From Dehalococcoidia bacterium (lineage in GTDB: Bacteria; Chloroflexota; Dehalococcoidia; UBA2979), in NCBI GenBank assembly GCA_965262725.1, contig OZ253555.1, forward strand, positions 1,568,001 through 1,632,000: a stretch of 64,000 bases of DNA, given 5' to 3'. The notes beneath the pieces were generated by a model that did not search any database, was not told where the DNA came from, and was given only the letters and a program-made list of their open reading frames with translations. A program made the translations under genes and the position numbers. Positions 24,410 to 34,896 of this stretch are shown here, in pieces. Every line of letters begins with the position of its first letter. Positions within the stretch are counted from its first letter, which is position 1.

Positions 24410-26044
24410 TCAGCGTGCCGTCGACACCGCAGCGGTGACGGCGGTTGTGGTGGTGTGCGACGCGTTCTCGGCAGACCGCGGAGCGCGGGAGCGCCCGCCC
24501 GGCGACGTGCCGGGCCATCGGGAATCACCCGAGAGCAGCGCATCGTAGCCATCGAGGAGCGGGGCAGGTCGGTCGTAGCGCTCCAGGTGCGGTCTCTCGA
24601 CGGCGGCGTCTGGTGGCCTGCGGTCGGCGAGACGGCGCGCCTCGATGGCGACCAGTTCGGGGTTCACCGACTGGATCCTGTTGACCGTCCCGAGCGCGGC
24701 GTGCACCGCCGTGAAGGGAAGATGGCGATGCAGGAGCAGGACCTCGATGTACGCCTGCGTGCCCGCGCGGTCGCCGAGCTTGCGGCGGGCGCGGTCCCAG
24801 AAGCGCTGATGCTCGGCTGTGACGTGTCCCTTCGCACGCGCCTGCTGGAGCGCCACCGAGCCCGGGACCGCCCCGGGCTTGCGCGCGAGCACCTCCAGAT
24901 AGTGGTCGAGCAGCAGGACCTCTGCTCCGGTGCGGGCGCTGCGCTCGTGGTGGGCGACTTCACGCCCCTCGGCCCACACGGTCAGGCTGTTCCCGGACAG
25001 CCGCACGTCCAGCTTCCGGCCTGCATAGGCCGCCGGGACCGAGTAGCGGGAGCTACGCACGGCGATGCGCGCCTTGCGGTCGACCTTCGCGCGCAGCGGG
25101 ATTGACGGGTCGAAGCGCTCCGCCGGAAGCGGACGCAGCGAGGCCTTCTCGTTCTCTCCCATCTCGCCGACGGTGGCGAGGCGGCTCTCGATGTGCCGGG
25201 CGTCGTCGGTGCGGTCCGCCTCCCGCACTCGTTCGTTCAGCTCGCCGAGGGTCGCCACCTTCGGGACCGGCACGAAGTGCCGCCGGCGGAAGCGGCCGAC
25301 CTCGCCCTCCACACCGCCCTTCTCGTGCGCGCCCTCGATGCCGGGCTCACAGAAGAAGCTGTCGAAGCCGTAATGCGAGCGGAGCGCGATGAAGCGCTCG
25401 GTCTGCAGGCGCTCGCGTCCCTGCAGCACGGTGGTGACGGCCGCCGTCAGATTGTCGTAGCGGATGCGCCGCGGCACTCCGCCGAGCCGCTCGAAGGCGA
25501 CCACGTGCCCCTCGAGCAGAGACTCCTGGCCCTCGCCGACGAAGCAGACGTGCGCCGCCCGCCCCGAATGCGAGAGCCGCATCACGAACATCGCCAGCCG
25601 GGTCTCGACGCCCTCCAGCCACACCGTCACCGTGCCGAAGTCGACCTCCGCCTCCTCGCCGGGAGGATGGACCTGCGGGATCGTCACAACCGCGCGCCCG
25701 CCCTGGATCTCGCGACGCAGGCGCGCGACGCAGGCGCGGACCGTGGGCTCGGCCACCGTCGCCCCGTGTTCGTCGACGAGGCGCTCCCAGATGCGCCGGG
25801 CCGTGTGCCGCTGCTTGCGCGGCGCGCTGAGGTCGTCCACGAGCCAGCCCCGGATGACCGAGACGTACGGCCCGAGCTTCGGGGCCACGCGGGTCGCCTG
25901 CTTGCGTTCCGGGGGTATCGCCGACCCAAGAGCCTGCCGCACCGTGCGCCGGTGCACGCCATGCCGGCGTCCCAGCTCATGGATCGACAGCTCCTCCTCC
26001 CTCGCCATCCGTCGGATAGACTCGAACAGCTCCACTCTCGACAC
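24410..26044 (-). CDS. istA: IS21 transposase IstA
   Basis: N-terminal HTH, EAEVDFG, IRYDNL, HEKGGVEGEVG, YSVP. Confidence 0.95.
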   Translation of the reverse strand: MSRVELFESIRRMAREEELSIHELGRRHGVHRRTVRQALGSAIPPERKQATRVAPKLGPYVSVIRGWLVDDLSAPRKQRHTARRIWERLVDEHGATVAEPTVRACVARLRREIQGGRAVVTIPQVHPPGEEAEVDFGTVTVWLEGVETRLAMFVMRLSHSGRAAHVCFVGEGQESLLEGHVVAFERLGGVPRRIRYDNLTAAVTTVLQGRERLQTERFIALRSHYGFDSFFCEPGIEGAHEKGGVEGEVGRFRRRHFVPVPKVATLGELNERVREADRTDDARHIESRLATVGEMGENEKASLRPLPAERFDPSIPLRAKVDRKARIAVRSSRYSVPAAYAGRKLDVRLSGNSLTVWAEGREVAHHERSARTGAEVLLLDHYLEVLARKPGAVPGSVALQQARAKGHVTAEHQRFWDRARRKLGDRAGTQAYIEVLLLHRHLPFTAVHAALGTVNRIQSVNPELVAIEARRLADRRPPDAAVERPHLERYDRPAPLLDGYDALLSGDSRWPGTSPGGRSRAPRSAENASHTTTTAVTAAVSTAR

Positions 26045-26530
26045 ACTCCTCTTCCCTCGCTCCGGGAGTCATGCAGTCACCCGAGCGTAGGTCCTGGATG
26101 GGTCGGGGGTGGGGCCAATTCAAAGGATCAAAACGGCTCCAGGTGGGGCCAATTCAGAGCATCATTCCCACCTGCCGCGTCGTTAACGGATAGTGGAGGA
26201 GCCGAGCCCGGCAATTCAGGGCGAAGGCCATGGACGAGGTGAAGATCCTGAATGCGCGTTGCGCTGCAGCCTCAAGGAACCTCCCGGCGTAAGGGGCGTG
26301 GAACGTTTGGAAGGTAGCGACGGGAACGGGAGAAGCCCTCCCCGGCCCGGCACCCTGCGAGATGGTGTCGGAGCGAGGTGCCCTATAACCGGTCAAAGCC
26401 GGGAAGTGGGCAGCTAGCCGGAAGGGTGACGGAGGGGGTCGTAGTACCGCTTGAGCCGGACGGACAACACAACCGCCGGTGATGGGAAGGACCCCTGCTT
26501 TGCTCACGCGTGGGGAGTAGGGATGAATCG

Positions 26531-27074
26531 GTGAGTGCCCAAGCGGCTAACTCCATCCAAGACAAGGTCCGAACACTACAACGCACGCTTTACCGGGCGG
26601 CCAAGGCCGACCCCAATAGACGCTTTCATGCGCTCTACGACAAGGTTTATCGCAGAGACATTCTGGAGCGCGCGTGGGAGCAGGTGCGTCGCAATCGCGG
26701 CGCAGCCGGTATCGACGGCGTCACGCTCGCCGAGGTCGAGCGCTACGGCGTGGAGCGCCTGCTGGATGAACTGGCCACGGAACTGAAGGAGGGAAGATAC
26801 CGGGTGCAGCCGAGCCGCCGGGTCTGGATACCCAAGCCCGGTCGGTCGGAAGAGCGCCCGCTCTCGATTCCTTCGGTCCGCGACCGCATCGTGCAGGCGT
26901 CGCTGAAGCTCGTGACGGAGCCGGTCTTCGAGGCCGACTTCCTGCCATGCAGCTTCGGCTTCCGCCCGAAGCGTTCGGCCCATGACGCCCTGCAGGTCCT
27001 CATTGACGAGGCGTGGCGGGGCAGGCGGTGGGTAGTGGAGACGGACATCGCCTCGTGTTTCGAGTCGATACCGC
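26531..27074 (+). CDS. ltrA: Group II intron reverse transcriptase/maturase, 5' exon
   Basis: KVRTLQRTLYRAAK, GAAGIDG, RPLSIPSVRDRIVQ, SFGFRPKRSAHDA, TDIASCFESIP; interrupted at 27074/27075. Confidence 0.92.
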
Positions 27075-27936
27075 GTGCGTCCGGAAGTCGAAGGGGTGGT
27101 GACGTGATGACGTGACCGGTCCGGAGACATGCTCGTTGCTGCCAGCCGGTGAGAGTCCGGCACGGGTAACTGTCAGGAGGCCCGTTAGCAGGTCGGCGGC
27201 GTGGACGGGAAACGGTCTGCGTCGAAGCCCGACGTCAAGAGCCCTATGAGGGGGAGCAAACGTGCGGTCCGCAGCATGACGCGAAGTCTGCCGCGCCGTG
27301 AGACTCGCCTGTCTATTGACAGGACCAAGGAGGAGCCGAGCCCGGGTGGTCAGGGCGAAGGCCATGGACGAGGTGAAGATCCTGGAATGCAGCCTCAAGA
27401 AACCTCCCGGCGTATGGGACGTGGAACGTACGGAAGGTAGCGACGGGAACCGGAGAAGCCCTCCCCGGCCCGGCACCCTGTGAGAGGGCGTCGGAGCGAG
27501 GCGTCCTATAACCGGTCAGAGCCGGGAAGTGGACAGCCAGCCGGAAGGGTGGCGGAGGGGGTCGTAGTACCGCTGGAGCCGGACGGACAACATAACCGCC
27601 GGTGATGGGAAGGACCCCTACTTTGTCCGTGCATGTTGCTGGGGGTGTGGACTGGTGAGTGCCCCTCGGGGCTAGCAACCACTTGGTAGGGTTCGAGGCT
27701 CTCCGCACATGCTGTACCGGCTGGCCAAGGCACGACCCACGTTGTGGGGAGCGCTGCATGCCATCTGGTGAAGGGCATCGGTGAGCCGGATGAGGGAGAA
27801 CCTCACGTCCGGTTCGATGTGGCAGGGGCTGGAGACGGACGCTGCTATGGCCGTGGAGTTGGGCACCACCGGGAAACCGGCTTGGAACTGATGCGCCACC
27901 GCCTACGGCTCGCACCGCGCCAGCCCCTGACCCTAC
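27075..27936 (+). ncRNA. ORF-less group II intron (inner) inserted in the RT ORF of the outer intron
   Basis: 5' GTGCG at 27075; colinear near-copy of the outer ribozyme domains; domain V GAGCCGGATGAGGGAGAACCTCACGTCCGGTTC ~27783; 3' CCCTAC at 27936; domain IV holds only a short ORF relic. Confidence 0.92.
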
Positions 27937-28730
27937 ACGACCGTCTGATGACGGCCGTCGAGGAACGGATATGCGACCGCAATCTCCTGAAGCTGGTACG
28001 GGCGATGCTGCGTGCCGGTGTGATGGAGTCGGGGGTCGTGCAGCACAGCGCGACGGGTACGCCGCAGGGCGGGGTGATGTCCCCGCTGCTGGCCAATGTC
28101 TACCTGCACCGGTTGGACCGGGACTGGGAGGCGAAGGGTGATGGCGTGCTGGTGCGCTATGCGGATGACCTCGTGGTGCTCTGCCGGAGCCGGGAGGAAG
28201 CGGAGCGGGCGTTGGCCCTGCTGCGTGACCTGCTGGGTGAGCTCGGACTGGAGCTCAAGGCGGAGAAGACGCGCATCGTGCACCTGCGGGAGGGAGGCGA
28301 GGGGCTGGAGTTCCTCGGCTTCGAGCATCGCTGGGTACGTGCGAAGCGCAACAAGAATATCCAGTTCCTCGCACGCTGGCCCTCACGGCGAGCGATGCAG
28401 CGGGCGCGGGACCGCATCCGTGAAATCACGGCGCGGTTGCGTCTGCTGCTGAGTCCCCGGCAGGTCGTGGAGGAAGTCAATCGCTACCTCCGCGGCTGGA
28501 TGAGCTACTTCCGCTACGGCAACTCGGCGAGGGCGTTCGACGTCCTGCACTGGTTTGCCATGTGGAGACTCAAACTCTGGCTGGGGAAGCGGTTGCGTTG
28601 GCGGCGACGCCATCGCGGGCACCCGTTTCCCGTCGCCGACCGTCTGGGGCTCATCTCGCTAGCTGGACAGCGCGTCGTGGCACCACGGCCATATCGACCG
28701 TGGCGGGGCACCCCGCATGCCGCCCGGTGA
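27937..28730 (+). CDS. ltrA: Group II intron reverse transcriptase/maturase, 3' exon (no En domain)
   Basis: (H)DRLM, GTPQGGVMSPLLANVYL, LVRYADD, FLGF, X domain VNRYLRGWMSYFRYG. Confidence 0.92.
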
Positions 28731-29070
28731 AGGGCATCGGTGAGCCGGATGAGGGAAAACCTCACGTCCGGTTCGAGGCGGCAGGGGCTGGAGACGGACG
28801 ATGCTACGGCTGTGGAGATGGGCGCCACCGGGAAACCGGCCTGGCAATATGCGCCACCGCCTACGGCTCGCACCGCGCCAGCCCCTGACCCTACTCAAGG
28901 ATCTGGTCCGCGGACTTGTGCCAGATGAAGCGCCTCCGGTGCTCGTTTCCAGTTGCGACCCAAGCCTCCACTGAGCGGACCAGGCCTGCGAGGCTCGGTG
29001 CGATTGTTTTCAGCATTTGCAACTCGGGACACTAGGAGGCCTCCCGCGGTCGGCCGGCCCGGAAACCAGA

Positions 29071-29093
29071 ACGGGCGCCCCGAGGGCGCCCGT
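29071..29093. terminator. GC-rich hairpin between convergent genes (possible terminator)
   Basis: ACGGGCGCCC-CGA-GGGCGCCCGT, a perfect 10-bp stem downstream of the ferredoxin gene. Confidence 0.4.
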
Positions 29094-29117
29094 CAGGGAT
29101 GCGGCCCTGCGCCCGGG

Positions 29118-29393
29118 CTAGCCGGGGACCTTCGCGCGCGCGGTCTCGCGGTCCTGGAACCAGAGCACGTCGATCTCGGTGAAGATCGCCTGATCCTCCG
29201 GCACGTCGTCCTCGGCGTAGATCGCGGAGACGGGGCAGGCCGGCTCGCAGGCGCCGCAGTCAATGCACTCGTCGGGATCGATGTAGAGCTTGCGGTCGAC
29301 GCCCTCCTCGAAGTGGATGCAGTCGACCGGGCAGACGTCCACGCAGGACTGGTCGAGGACATCGATGCAGGGCTGCGTGATGACGTAGGTCAT
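29118..29393 (-). CDS. Ferredoxin (7Fe/dicluster type)
   Basis: [26 protein letters not shown]...[16 protein letters not shown]. Confidence 0.95.
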   Translation of the reverse strand: MTYVITQPCIDVLDQSCVDVCPVDCIHFEEGVDRKLYIDPDECIDCGACEPACPVSAIYAEDDVPEDQAIFTEIDVLWFQDRETARAKVPG

Positions 29394-29594
29394 GTGCTGG
29401 CGTGCTCCCTCCGCCTCCGGCTGCCTGTGGCCTTCGTCGTCGACCGCGGCGCCCGCCCGGCGCGCGGCCGGTCGACGCGTCGCGTCGAGTCTAGGCTCGC
29501 CTCCCGGTGGCGGCAAGGTGGCATCGCGGGTCGCGATCAAGCGGCGTCGAGGGGGTGGCGAGGCACCGCCGGGGATGCTTGTTCGGGCGCCTGA

Positions 29595-30083
29595 TCAGCG
29601 CCGCCACAGCCGCGACCATCGCCTCCGGAGCGGCCTCCGATCGGCCTCGGGCGCGGCGCCCTCAGGCGGCCCCGAGCCTCCCGCCCTCACGACCGCGTCG
29701 AGGCGGCGGCGCAGCATGACGCCGTGGCCCACTACGTCGAGCGCGGCGCTCGGCTCGCCGTCGATCTCCGGGAAGAAGCGCCGCAGCGCCTCAGCGAACC
29801 CCGGCACCATCGAGCGGCCGTCCGCCATCGCGAGCTGCTTCAGCTCGTTGATCGCGGCTCCCAGCGCCTCGCCAAGCAGGGGGAGGGCCTCGTCCGGCAC
29901 GTCGATCTCGACGATGGCGCGCTCGAGCTCGCCCTCGAGCAGCGCGCGCAGCGGCGCGATCGGCTCCGCGGCGCCTCGCCCGCCCGAGCGCGTCGCGAGC
30001 CCGCGACCGGGGCGGGCCTCGCCGTGGAGCAGGCCGAGGTAGAGGATCTGGGCGTCGCGCTGGCGGAGGCGCAGATGCGGCAC
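29595..30083 (-). CDS. Hypothetical protein
   Basis: Globular-looking ORF with GGAAGG/GGGGG upstream; no recognised motif. Confidence 0.55.
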   Translation of the reverse strand: MPHLRLRQRDAQILYLGLLHGEARPGRGLATRSGGRGAAEPIAPLRALLEGELERAIVEIDVPDEALPLLGEALGAAINELKQLAMADGRSMVPGFAEALRRFFPEIDGEPSAALDVVGHGVMLRRRLDAVVRAGGSGPPEGAAPEADRRPLRRRWSRLWRR

Positions 30084-30229
30084 CGGCCCCCCACCTTCCG
30101 CTGGCGCGCCGAGACACGGCGTCAGTGCTATTCTCTCGCAGTCGCCGCTCCGGCGCCTTGCTCGCCAGCGTAGCGGCCGGAGGCGGAGAGCGTGCCGGGG
30201 GCTGCCCGGCGGGAGCAGAGGAGACCGAG

Positions 30230-30739
30230 TTGACGAACGTAGAGCCCGACGCGACCTGGCTGGCGCTCGCCGAGCTTGACGACGCGCAGCGCCAGAAGGC
30301 GATGTCCGATCGTTTCCACACGCTCGAGGAGGCGCCCCAGGATAAGCGTCGGCGCGATATTGCCGCCATGGTCTCCGCCGAGGACGCGATGTCCGACGAG
30401 GCGATCTATCCGTTCGCTCTCAGCCAGCTCCGCGTCTGGGCTGAGCTCGCGCGCGAGGACCTGCCGAAGGCACAGGCGATCGCGAACAGCTACGAGGAGG
30501 TCTACGGCGATGGTGCCGGTACGGCCGCCTGGCGCCGCGCGACGATCGTGCAGACGATCGCGCGCCTCGATCTCACCGCCGCCGACATCGACGCGCTTTC
30601 GGACCTCGTGCCGTCCCTGATGCGCCAGATCCCGCGCGCGCGCACGACGATCCTCGAGCGTGGCGCCGACGAGGCCGAGGCGGTCCGTGTGCGCCGCGCC
30701 GCGGCGCCGCTCTGGAAGCGCATCATCGGGCGGACCTAG
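30230..30739 (+). CDS. Hypothetical helical protein
   Basis: GAGGAG RBS before TTG at 30230; natural amino-acid composition. Confidence 0.65.
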   Translation: MTNVEPDATWLALAELDDAQRQKAMSDRFHTLEEAPQDKRRRDIAAMVSAEDAMSDEAIYPFALSQLRVWAELAREDLPKAQAIANSYEEVYGDGAGTAAWRRATIVQTIARLDLTAADIDALSDLVPSLMRQIPRARTTILERGADEAEAVRVRRAAAPLWKRIIGRT

Positions 30740-30839
30740 GCTGCCGGGCCGGCGTCGCCGATCGTTCTCTCCGCCCCGCACCGCCGTGGCGGCGCACACG
30801 GGCTGATCCCGCGCCGGGGACCCACGGCCGCGTTCCGCT

Positions 30840-33800
30840 CTACTGCTTCGTCGCGCGGGTGCCCGAACCAGCCCGGCGCCCGCGCTGTCGCGCCGCCTCC
30901 GTGGGCGGTGCGCGGCGGCCGTTCCGCGGCGACCGCCCCGCGTCACGTGCGCCGCCCCCGTTCTCGCCCGTGGACTCCGCCCTCTCGGAGCGCCGTCGGC
31001 GCTCCGGCGGCTGCTCCGCCGTGCCGTCCCGGGCCAGCACCTCCGCCAGGAAGCGGCCGCTGGCCGACTCCGGGTGCGCCGCCAGCTGCTCTGGCGTGCC
31101 GGAGGCCACGACGCGCCCGCCGCTCTCGCCACCTCCGGGACCGAGGTCGACAATCCAGTCCGCGTTCTTGACGACGTCCATGTGGTGCTCGATCACGATG
31201 ACGGTGTTGCCGCCGTCCACGAGCGCCTGCAGGACCGCGAGCAGTGATTCCGTGTCCGAGAACGAGAGCCCCGTGGTCGGCTCGTCGAGAACGTAGACCG
31301 TGCGGCCCGTCGAGCGCCGCGAGAGCTCGGTGGCGAGCTTGATGCGTTGCGCCTCGCCGCCGGAGAGCGTGGTCGCCGGCTGGCCGAGACGGATATAGCC
31401 GAGTCCCACGGAGGCGAGCGTCTCGAGCTTGCGCCGCGGCCGTGGAAACGCCTCGAAGGTGGAGAGCGCCTCGGTGACGGTCATCTCCAGCACGTCGGCG
31501 ATGCTCTTCCCGCGGAAGTGGATCTCCAGCGCCTCCCGGTTGTAACGGCGGCCGCGGCAGACGTCACAGGGGACGGTCACGTCCGGGAGGAACTGCATCT
31601 CGATCTGGTTGTAGCCGTCGCCGGAACAGGCCTCGCAGCGGCCGCCCTTCACGTTGAAGGAGAAGCGCCCCGGCTTGTAGCCGCGCGCGCGCGCCTCCGG
31701 CACCTGCGCGAAGAGCTCGCGCACCAGCGTGAAGAGCCCGGTGTAGGTGGCCGGGTTGGAGCGCGGCGTTCGCCCGATGGGCGACTGGTCGATGACCACG
31801 ACCTTGTCGACGTGTTCCAGACCCTCAATGGCGTCGTGGGCGCCCGGCCGCTCGCGCGCGCCCTGCAACTGGTGCGCGAGAGCCTTCGCGACGATCTCGT
31901 TGACCAGCGTCGACTTTCCGGAGCCGGAGACGCCGGTGACGCCCACGAAGCAGCCGAGCGGAATCTCCACGTCGATGCGGCAGAGGTTGTGCTCGCGGGC
32001 CCCGAGCACCGTGAGCGACTCGCCGCTGCCGGCGCGGCGGGCCCGGGGCATCGGGATGCTGCGCCGACCGGAGAGGTAGGCGCCGGTCAGGGAATCCGGA
32101 TGCGCTGCCACCTCTGCCGGCGTGCCAGTGGCGACGACGCGCCCGCCATGCTCGCCGGCGCCCGGGCCGAGGTCGATCACGTGATCGGCGGCGCGAATCA
32201 TCGCCTCGTCGTGCTCGACGACGAGCACGGTGTTGCCGAGATCGCGCAGGCGCGTGAGCGTGCGGATGAGCCGCTCGTTGTCGACCGGGTGCAGGCCGAT
32301 GGAGGGCTCGTCGCAGACGTAGAGCACGCCCATCAGCGCGGAGCCGATCTGCGTCGCGAGCCGGATGCGCTGACCCTCGCCCCCGGAGAGCGAGGCGGCC
32401 GCCCGGTCGAGCGTCAGGTACTCGAGCCCGACGTCGCGCAGGAAGGAGAGCCGCCCGCCGATCTCCTGCAGGATCTGGCGCGCGATCTGGCGCTCGCGCG
32501 AGCCCAGCGGCGAGTCCGTCCCCCGCAGCGCCGCGATCCAGAGCGCGGCGTCGGCCACCGAGAGGGCCGCGACGTCCGTGATCGACCGGCCATCAACGGT
32601 GACCGCCCGCATCTCCGTCCGGAGCCGCGCGCCGCCGCAGTCGGGGCAGGGCACGGCGACCATGTAGCGCTCGATGTCGGAGCGGACCCAGTCCGACTCG
32701 GTCTCCCGGTAGCGCCGCTGCAGGTTGGTGAGGATGCCCTCCCACTGGATCTCGTAGCGGTTCCGGTGCCCGCGGCGCGTCCGGTACTCGACGGGGATGC
32801 GCTCCTCGCCGCTGCCGTGCATCAGGAGGCGCCACTGCTCCGCCGTGAAGTCGGCGAGCGGCGTGTCGAGGTCGAAGCCGTGGATGGAGCCGAGCGCCTC
32901 GATGCGGCGCCGGTACCAGGTGAGCGAGGTCGCCAGGCGCTGGAGCGGCACCAGGCCGCCCTGCGCGACCGAGAGCTTCCGGTTCGGTGCGACCAGATCC
33001 TCGTCGAGCTGCATCTGGACGCCGAGGCCGGTGCAGGCCGGGCAGGCGCCGTGCGGACTGTTGAAGGAGAAGTTGCGGGGCTCGATCTCACCCACAGAGT
33101 AGGGCGGGTGATCGCCGTCGGGGCAGGCGAAGTGCTCGGAGAAGGTCTGCTCCGGGCGCCCCTCGGGCGCGAAGACGAGCATTCCTTCGCCGAGGGCGAG
33201 CGCCTGCTCCGCGGAGTCCGCGACGCGTTGCCTGAGCTCGTCGCGCTCCGCACCGTCGGGCTCCGGGATCACGATGCGATCGACGACGACATCGATGTCG
33301 TGCCACTTGTAGCGGTCGAGCGCGGGGGCGTCGTCGACCTCGTGCACCTGGCCGTCGACCCGGACGCGGATGAACCCGGCCCGGCGCACGTCGTCCAGCA
33401 CCTGGCGGTGCTCGCCGCGCTTGTGGCGGATCATCGGGCCGAGCATGAGCGCCCGCGTCCCGGCCGGCTCCGTCAGGATCGCATCGACGATCTGCTGCAC
33501 CGTCTGGCGGCTAATGACCCGCCCGCAGTGGGGGCAGTGCGGGACGCCGGCCCGGGCGTAGAGCAGCCGCAGGTAGTCGTAGATTTCGGTGACCGTCGCG
33601 ACGGTCGATCGCGGGTTGCGCGAGACACCGCGCTGGTCGATCGAGATCGCGGGGGAGAGTCCCTCGATGTGATCGACGTCGGGCTTCTCCATGAGGCCGA
33701 GGAACTGGCGCGCGTACGCCGAGAGCGACTCCACGTAGCGGCGCTGACCCTCCGCGTAGATCGTGTCGAAGGCGAGGGAGGACTTCCCGGATCCGGAGAC

Positions 33801-33986
33801 GCCGGTGAGCACGACCAGGCGGTCACGGGGGATCTCGACCGAGATGTCGCGCAGGTTGTGCTCGCGGGCCCCCGTGACGACGATCTGGCCACGGGGCCTG
33901 GGCTCGGCGATCCCGTCGCCCGGGACCAGTGCGGCGTCGTCTCGCGGCCCCGGCCGGCCGCCGGGCGGTGCCGGCGCGCTATTCAC
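30840..33986 (-). CDS. uvrA: Excinuclease ABC subunit A
   Basis: Two ABC Walker A (GVSGSGKS), LSGGE signatures, zinc fingers, [11 protein letters not shown]. Confidence 0.98.
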   Translation of the reverse strand: MNSAPAPPGGRPGPRDDAALVPGDGIAEPRPRGQIVVTGAREHNLRDISVEIPRDRLVVLTGVSGSGKSSLAFDTIYAEGQRRYVESLSAYARQFLGLMEKPDVDHIEGLSPAISIDQRGVSRNPRSTVATVTEIYDYLRLLYARAGVPHCPHCGRVISRQTVQQIVDAILTEPAGTRALMLGPMIRHKRGEHRQVLDDVRRAGFIRVRVDGQVHEVDDAPALDRYKWHDIDVVVDRIVIPEPDGAERDELRQRVADSAEQALALGEGMLVFAPEGRPEQTFSEHFACPDGDHPPYSVGEIEPRNFSFNSPHGACPACTGLGVQMQLDEDLVAPNRKLSVAQGGLVPLQRLATSLTWYRRRIEALGSIHGFDLDTPLADFTAEQWRLLMHGSGEERIPVEYRTRRGHRNRYEIQWEGILTNLQRRYRETESDWVRSDIERYMVAVPCPDCGGARLRTEMRAVTVDGRSITDVAALSVADAALWIAALRGTDSPLGSRERQIARQILQEIGGRLSFLRDVGLEYLTLDRAAASLSGGEGQRIRLATQIGSALMGVLYVCDEPSIGLHPVDNERLIRTLTRLRDLGNTVLVVEHDEAMIRAADHVIDLGPGAGEHGGRVVATGTPAEVAAHPDSLTGAYLSGRRSIPMPRARRAGSGESLTVLGAREHNLCRIDVEIPLGCFVGVTGVSGSGKSTLVNEIVAKALAHQLQGARERPGAHDAIEGLEHVDKVVVIDQSPIGRTPRSNPATYTGLFTLVRELFAQVPEARARGYKPGRFSFNVKGGRCEACSGDGYNQIEMQFLPDVTVPCDVCRGRRYNREALEIHFRGKSIADVLEMTVTEALSTFEAFPRPRRKLETLASVGLGYIRLGQPATTLSGGEAQRIKLATELSRRSTGRTVYVLDEPTTGLSFSDTESLLAVLQALVDGGNTVIVIEHHMDVVKNADWIVDLGPGGGESGGRVVASGTPEQLAAHPESASGRFLAEVLARDGTAEQPPERRRRSERAESTGENGGGARDAGRSPRNGRRAPPTEAARQRGRRAGSGTRATKQ

Positions 33987-34308
33987 CTCACCGCGCTCCT
34001 TTGGTGGGTGCCCCGCCGGCACGCCGGTCGCGGCGCATCGCGCCGTGCGCCGGGGTGGGCCGAGCCCGTCGTGCGCCACCGATCTGATCTCGCTGCGGAT
34101 GGGTCCCGGCCGGGGGGGAGATGCCCAGGGTTTCATGATACCCGCGGCCTCTCGGCCGCCTCAAGCAGCGACTGCTCCGCGTCGAGGCTCCGCCGGGCCA
34201 TCTGCGGGGACGCGCAGCGGGCGCGCCGGGGAGCGCCAGCGCATCACCTGAGGACATAATCCCGGGTTCTGTCCCGCTGCCGGCGACGCCTCTCGCCGAC
34301 GGGCCCGC

Positions 34309-34794
34309 CTAGGTCGGGAGGGGAGGCGGCTCTTCGGGCGGATCCCGCCGGCCGAACGCATCGCCGGGGTCGTCGGGATCCCCGGGCTCCTCATCGTCGT
34401 CTCTATTGAAGATGGGCCAGATCGCTCCCTCGGGCACGTCCTCTCCGAGCTCGGCGAGGCGCGCGCGGATCTCGCGCTCCACCTCGGCGAGCTTCGCCTC
34501 GCTGATCCCCATCTGGGTGAGTGAGGCGCGCATCAGCTCGCTCACGCGCGTGTGGTCGCCCGAGATCAACGCCTCCGCGACCTCGAGCTGCGTCTCGACC
34601 GCCCGGAAGCGGGAGCGCCGCTCCTCCTCCTCCTCTGTGCCCAGGATCGTCGCCATCAGCCGCGTGAAGAGCGTCGACGTCCGCGCGATGCGGACGCGAT
34701 CGGCCGGGTGCTCGGGGAAGTCCCCGGTCACGGCTACCTGCAGTCCCGAGCGGCTGTCGGTGGCGACGTACTGCTGGGGCATCCACTCCTCCAA
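34309..34794 (-). CDS. Hypothetical protein with acidic tail
   Basis: Coherent 161-aa ORF (DRVRIARTSTLFTRLMATIL). Confidence 0.6.
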   Translation of the reverse strand: MEEWMPQQYVATDSRSGLQVAVTGDFPEHPADRVRIARTSTLFTRLMATILGTEEEEERRSRFRAVETQLEVAEALISGDHTRVSELMRASLTQMGISEAKLAEVEREIRARLAELGEDVPEGAIWPIFNRDDDEEPGDPDDPGDAFGRRDPPEEPPPLPT

Positions 34795-34896
34795 CCCGAT
34801 GCGCCCGGCGAGCGCCTGAGGGGACGACCCCCCGGTGATGCTATCGCACGGCGCGGAGTCGGGGCGCGGGGCGCCTGACGCCCCTCTCGGCCGCGA

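Larger units (their letters stand above)
23544..26170 (-). mobile_element. IS21-family element inserted in intron domain I
   Basis: Terminal IR TGGGAATGATGCT / AGCATCATTCCCA; 6-bp target duplication CCTGCC (23538-43, 26171-76); repeated subterminal TGGCCCCAC/GTGGGGCCA motifs; istA-istB. Confidence 0.93.
23326..28894 (+). ncRNA. Group II intron (outer, RT-encoding; interrupted by IS21 and by an inner intron)
   Basis: 5' GTGTG at 23326; domain V GAGCCGGATGAGGGAAAACCTCACGTCCGGTTC ~28742-28774; domain VI ending CCCTAC at 28894; flanks rejoin into IS630 sequence. Confidence 0.9.
23280..29035 (-). mobile_element. Internally deleted IS630 derivative (~187 bp once the intron is removed), host of the nested introns
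   Basis: Ends CTAGTGTCCTGA... and ...TCGGGACACTAG match the IS630 copies at 55754 and 62121. The rejoined flanks on the minus strand read ...FIWHKSADQILD|NLTGYLNRISNSGH*, the IS630 transposase C-terminus. Confidence 0.85.

Noticed and set aside
26510-28730. RT as a retron, DGR, CRISPR-RT or defence RT, or as a simple frameshifted pseudogene
   Set aside because: It lies within full group II ribozyme domains (GUGYG start, domain V, domain VI ending AC), and the break is a precisely bounded inner intron.
23280-29035. IStron (intron-IS chimera)
   Set aside because: The intron is group II and antisense to the IS630 relic, and IS21 has its own IRs and target duplication. These are independent nested insertions.
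31347-34259. 970-aa plus-strand ORF and other long antisense ORFs (e.g. 44242-46404, 53893-55713, 6247-7824)
   Set aside because: Shadow ORFs opposite well-supported genes, as expected in very GC-rich DNA.
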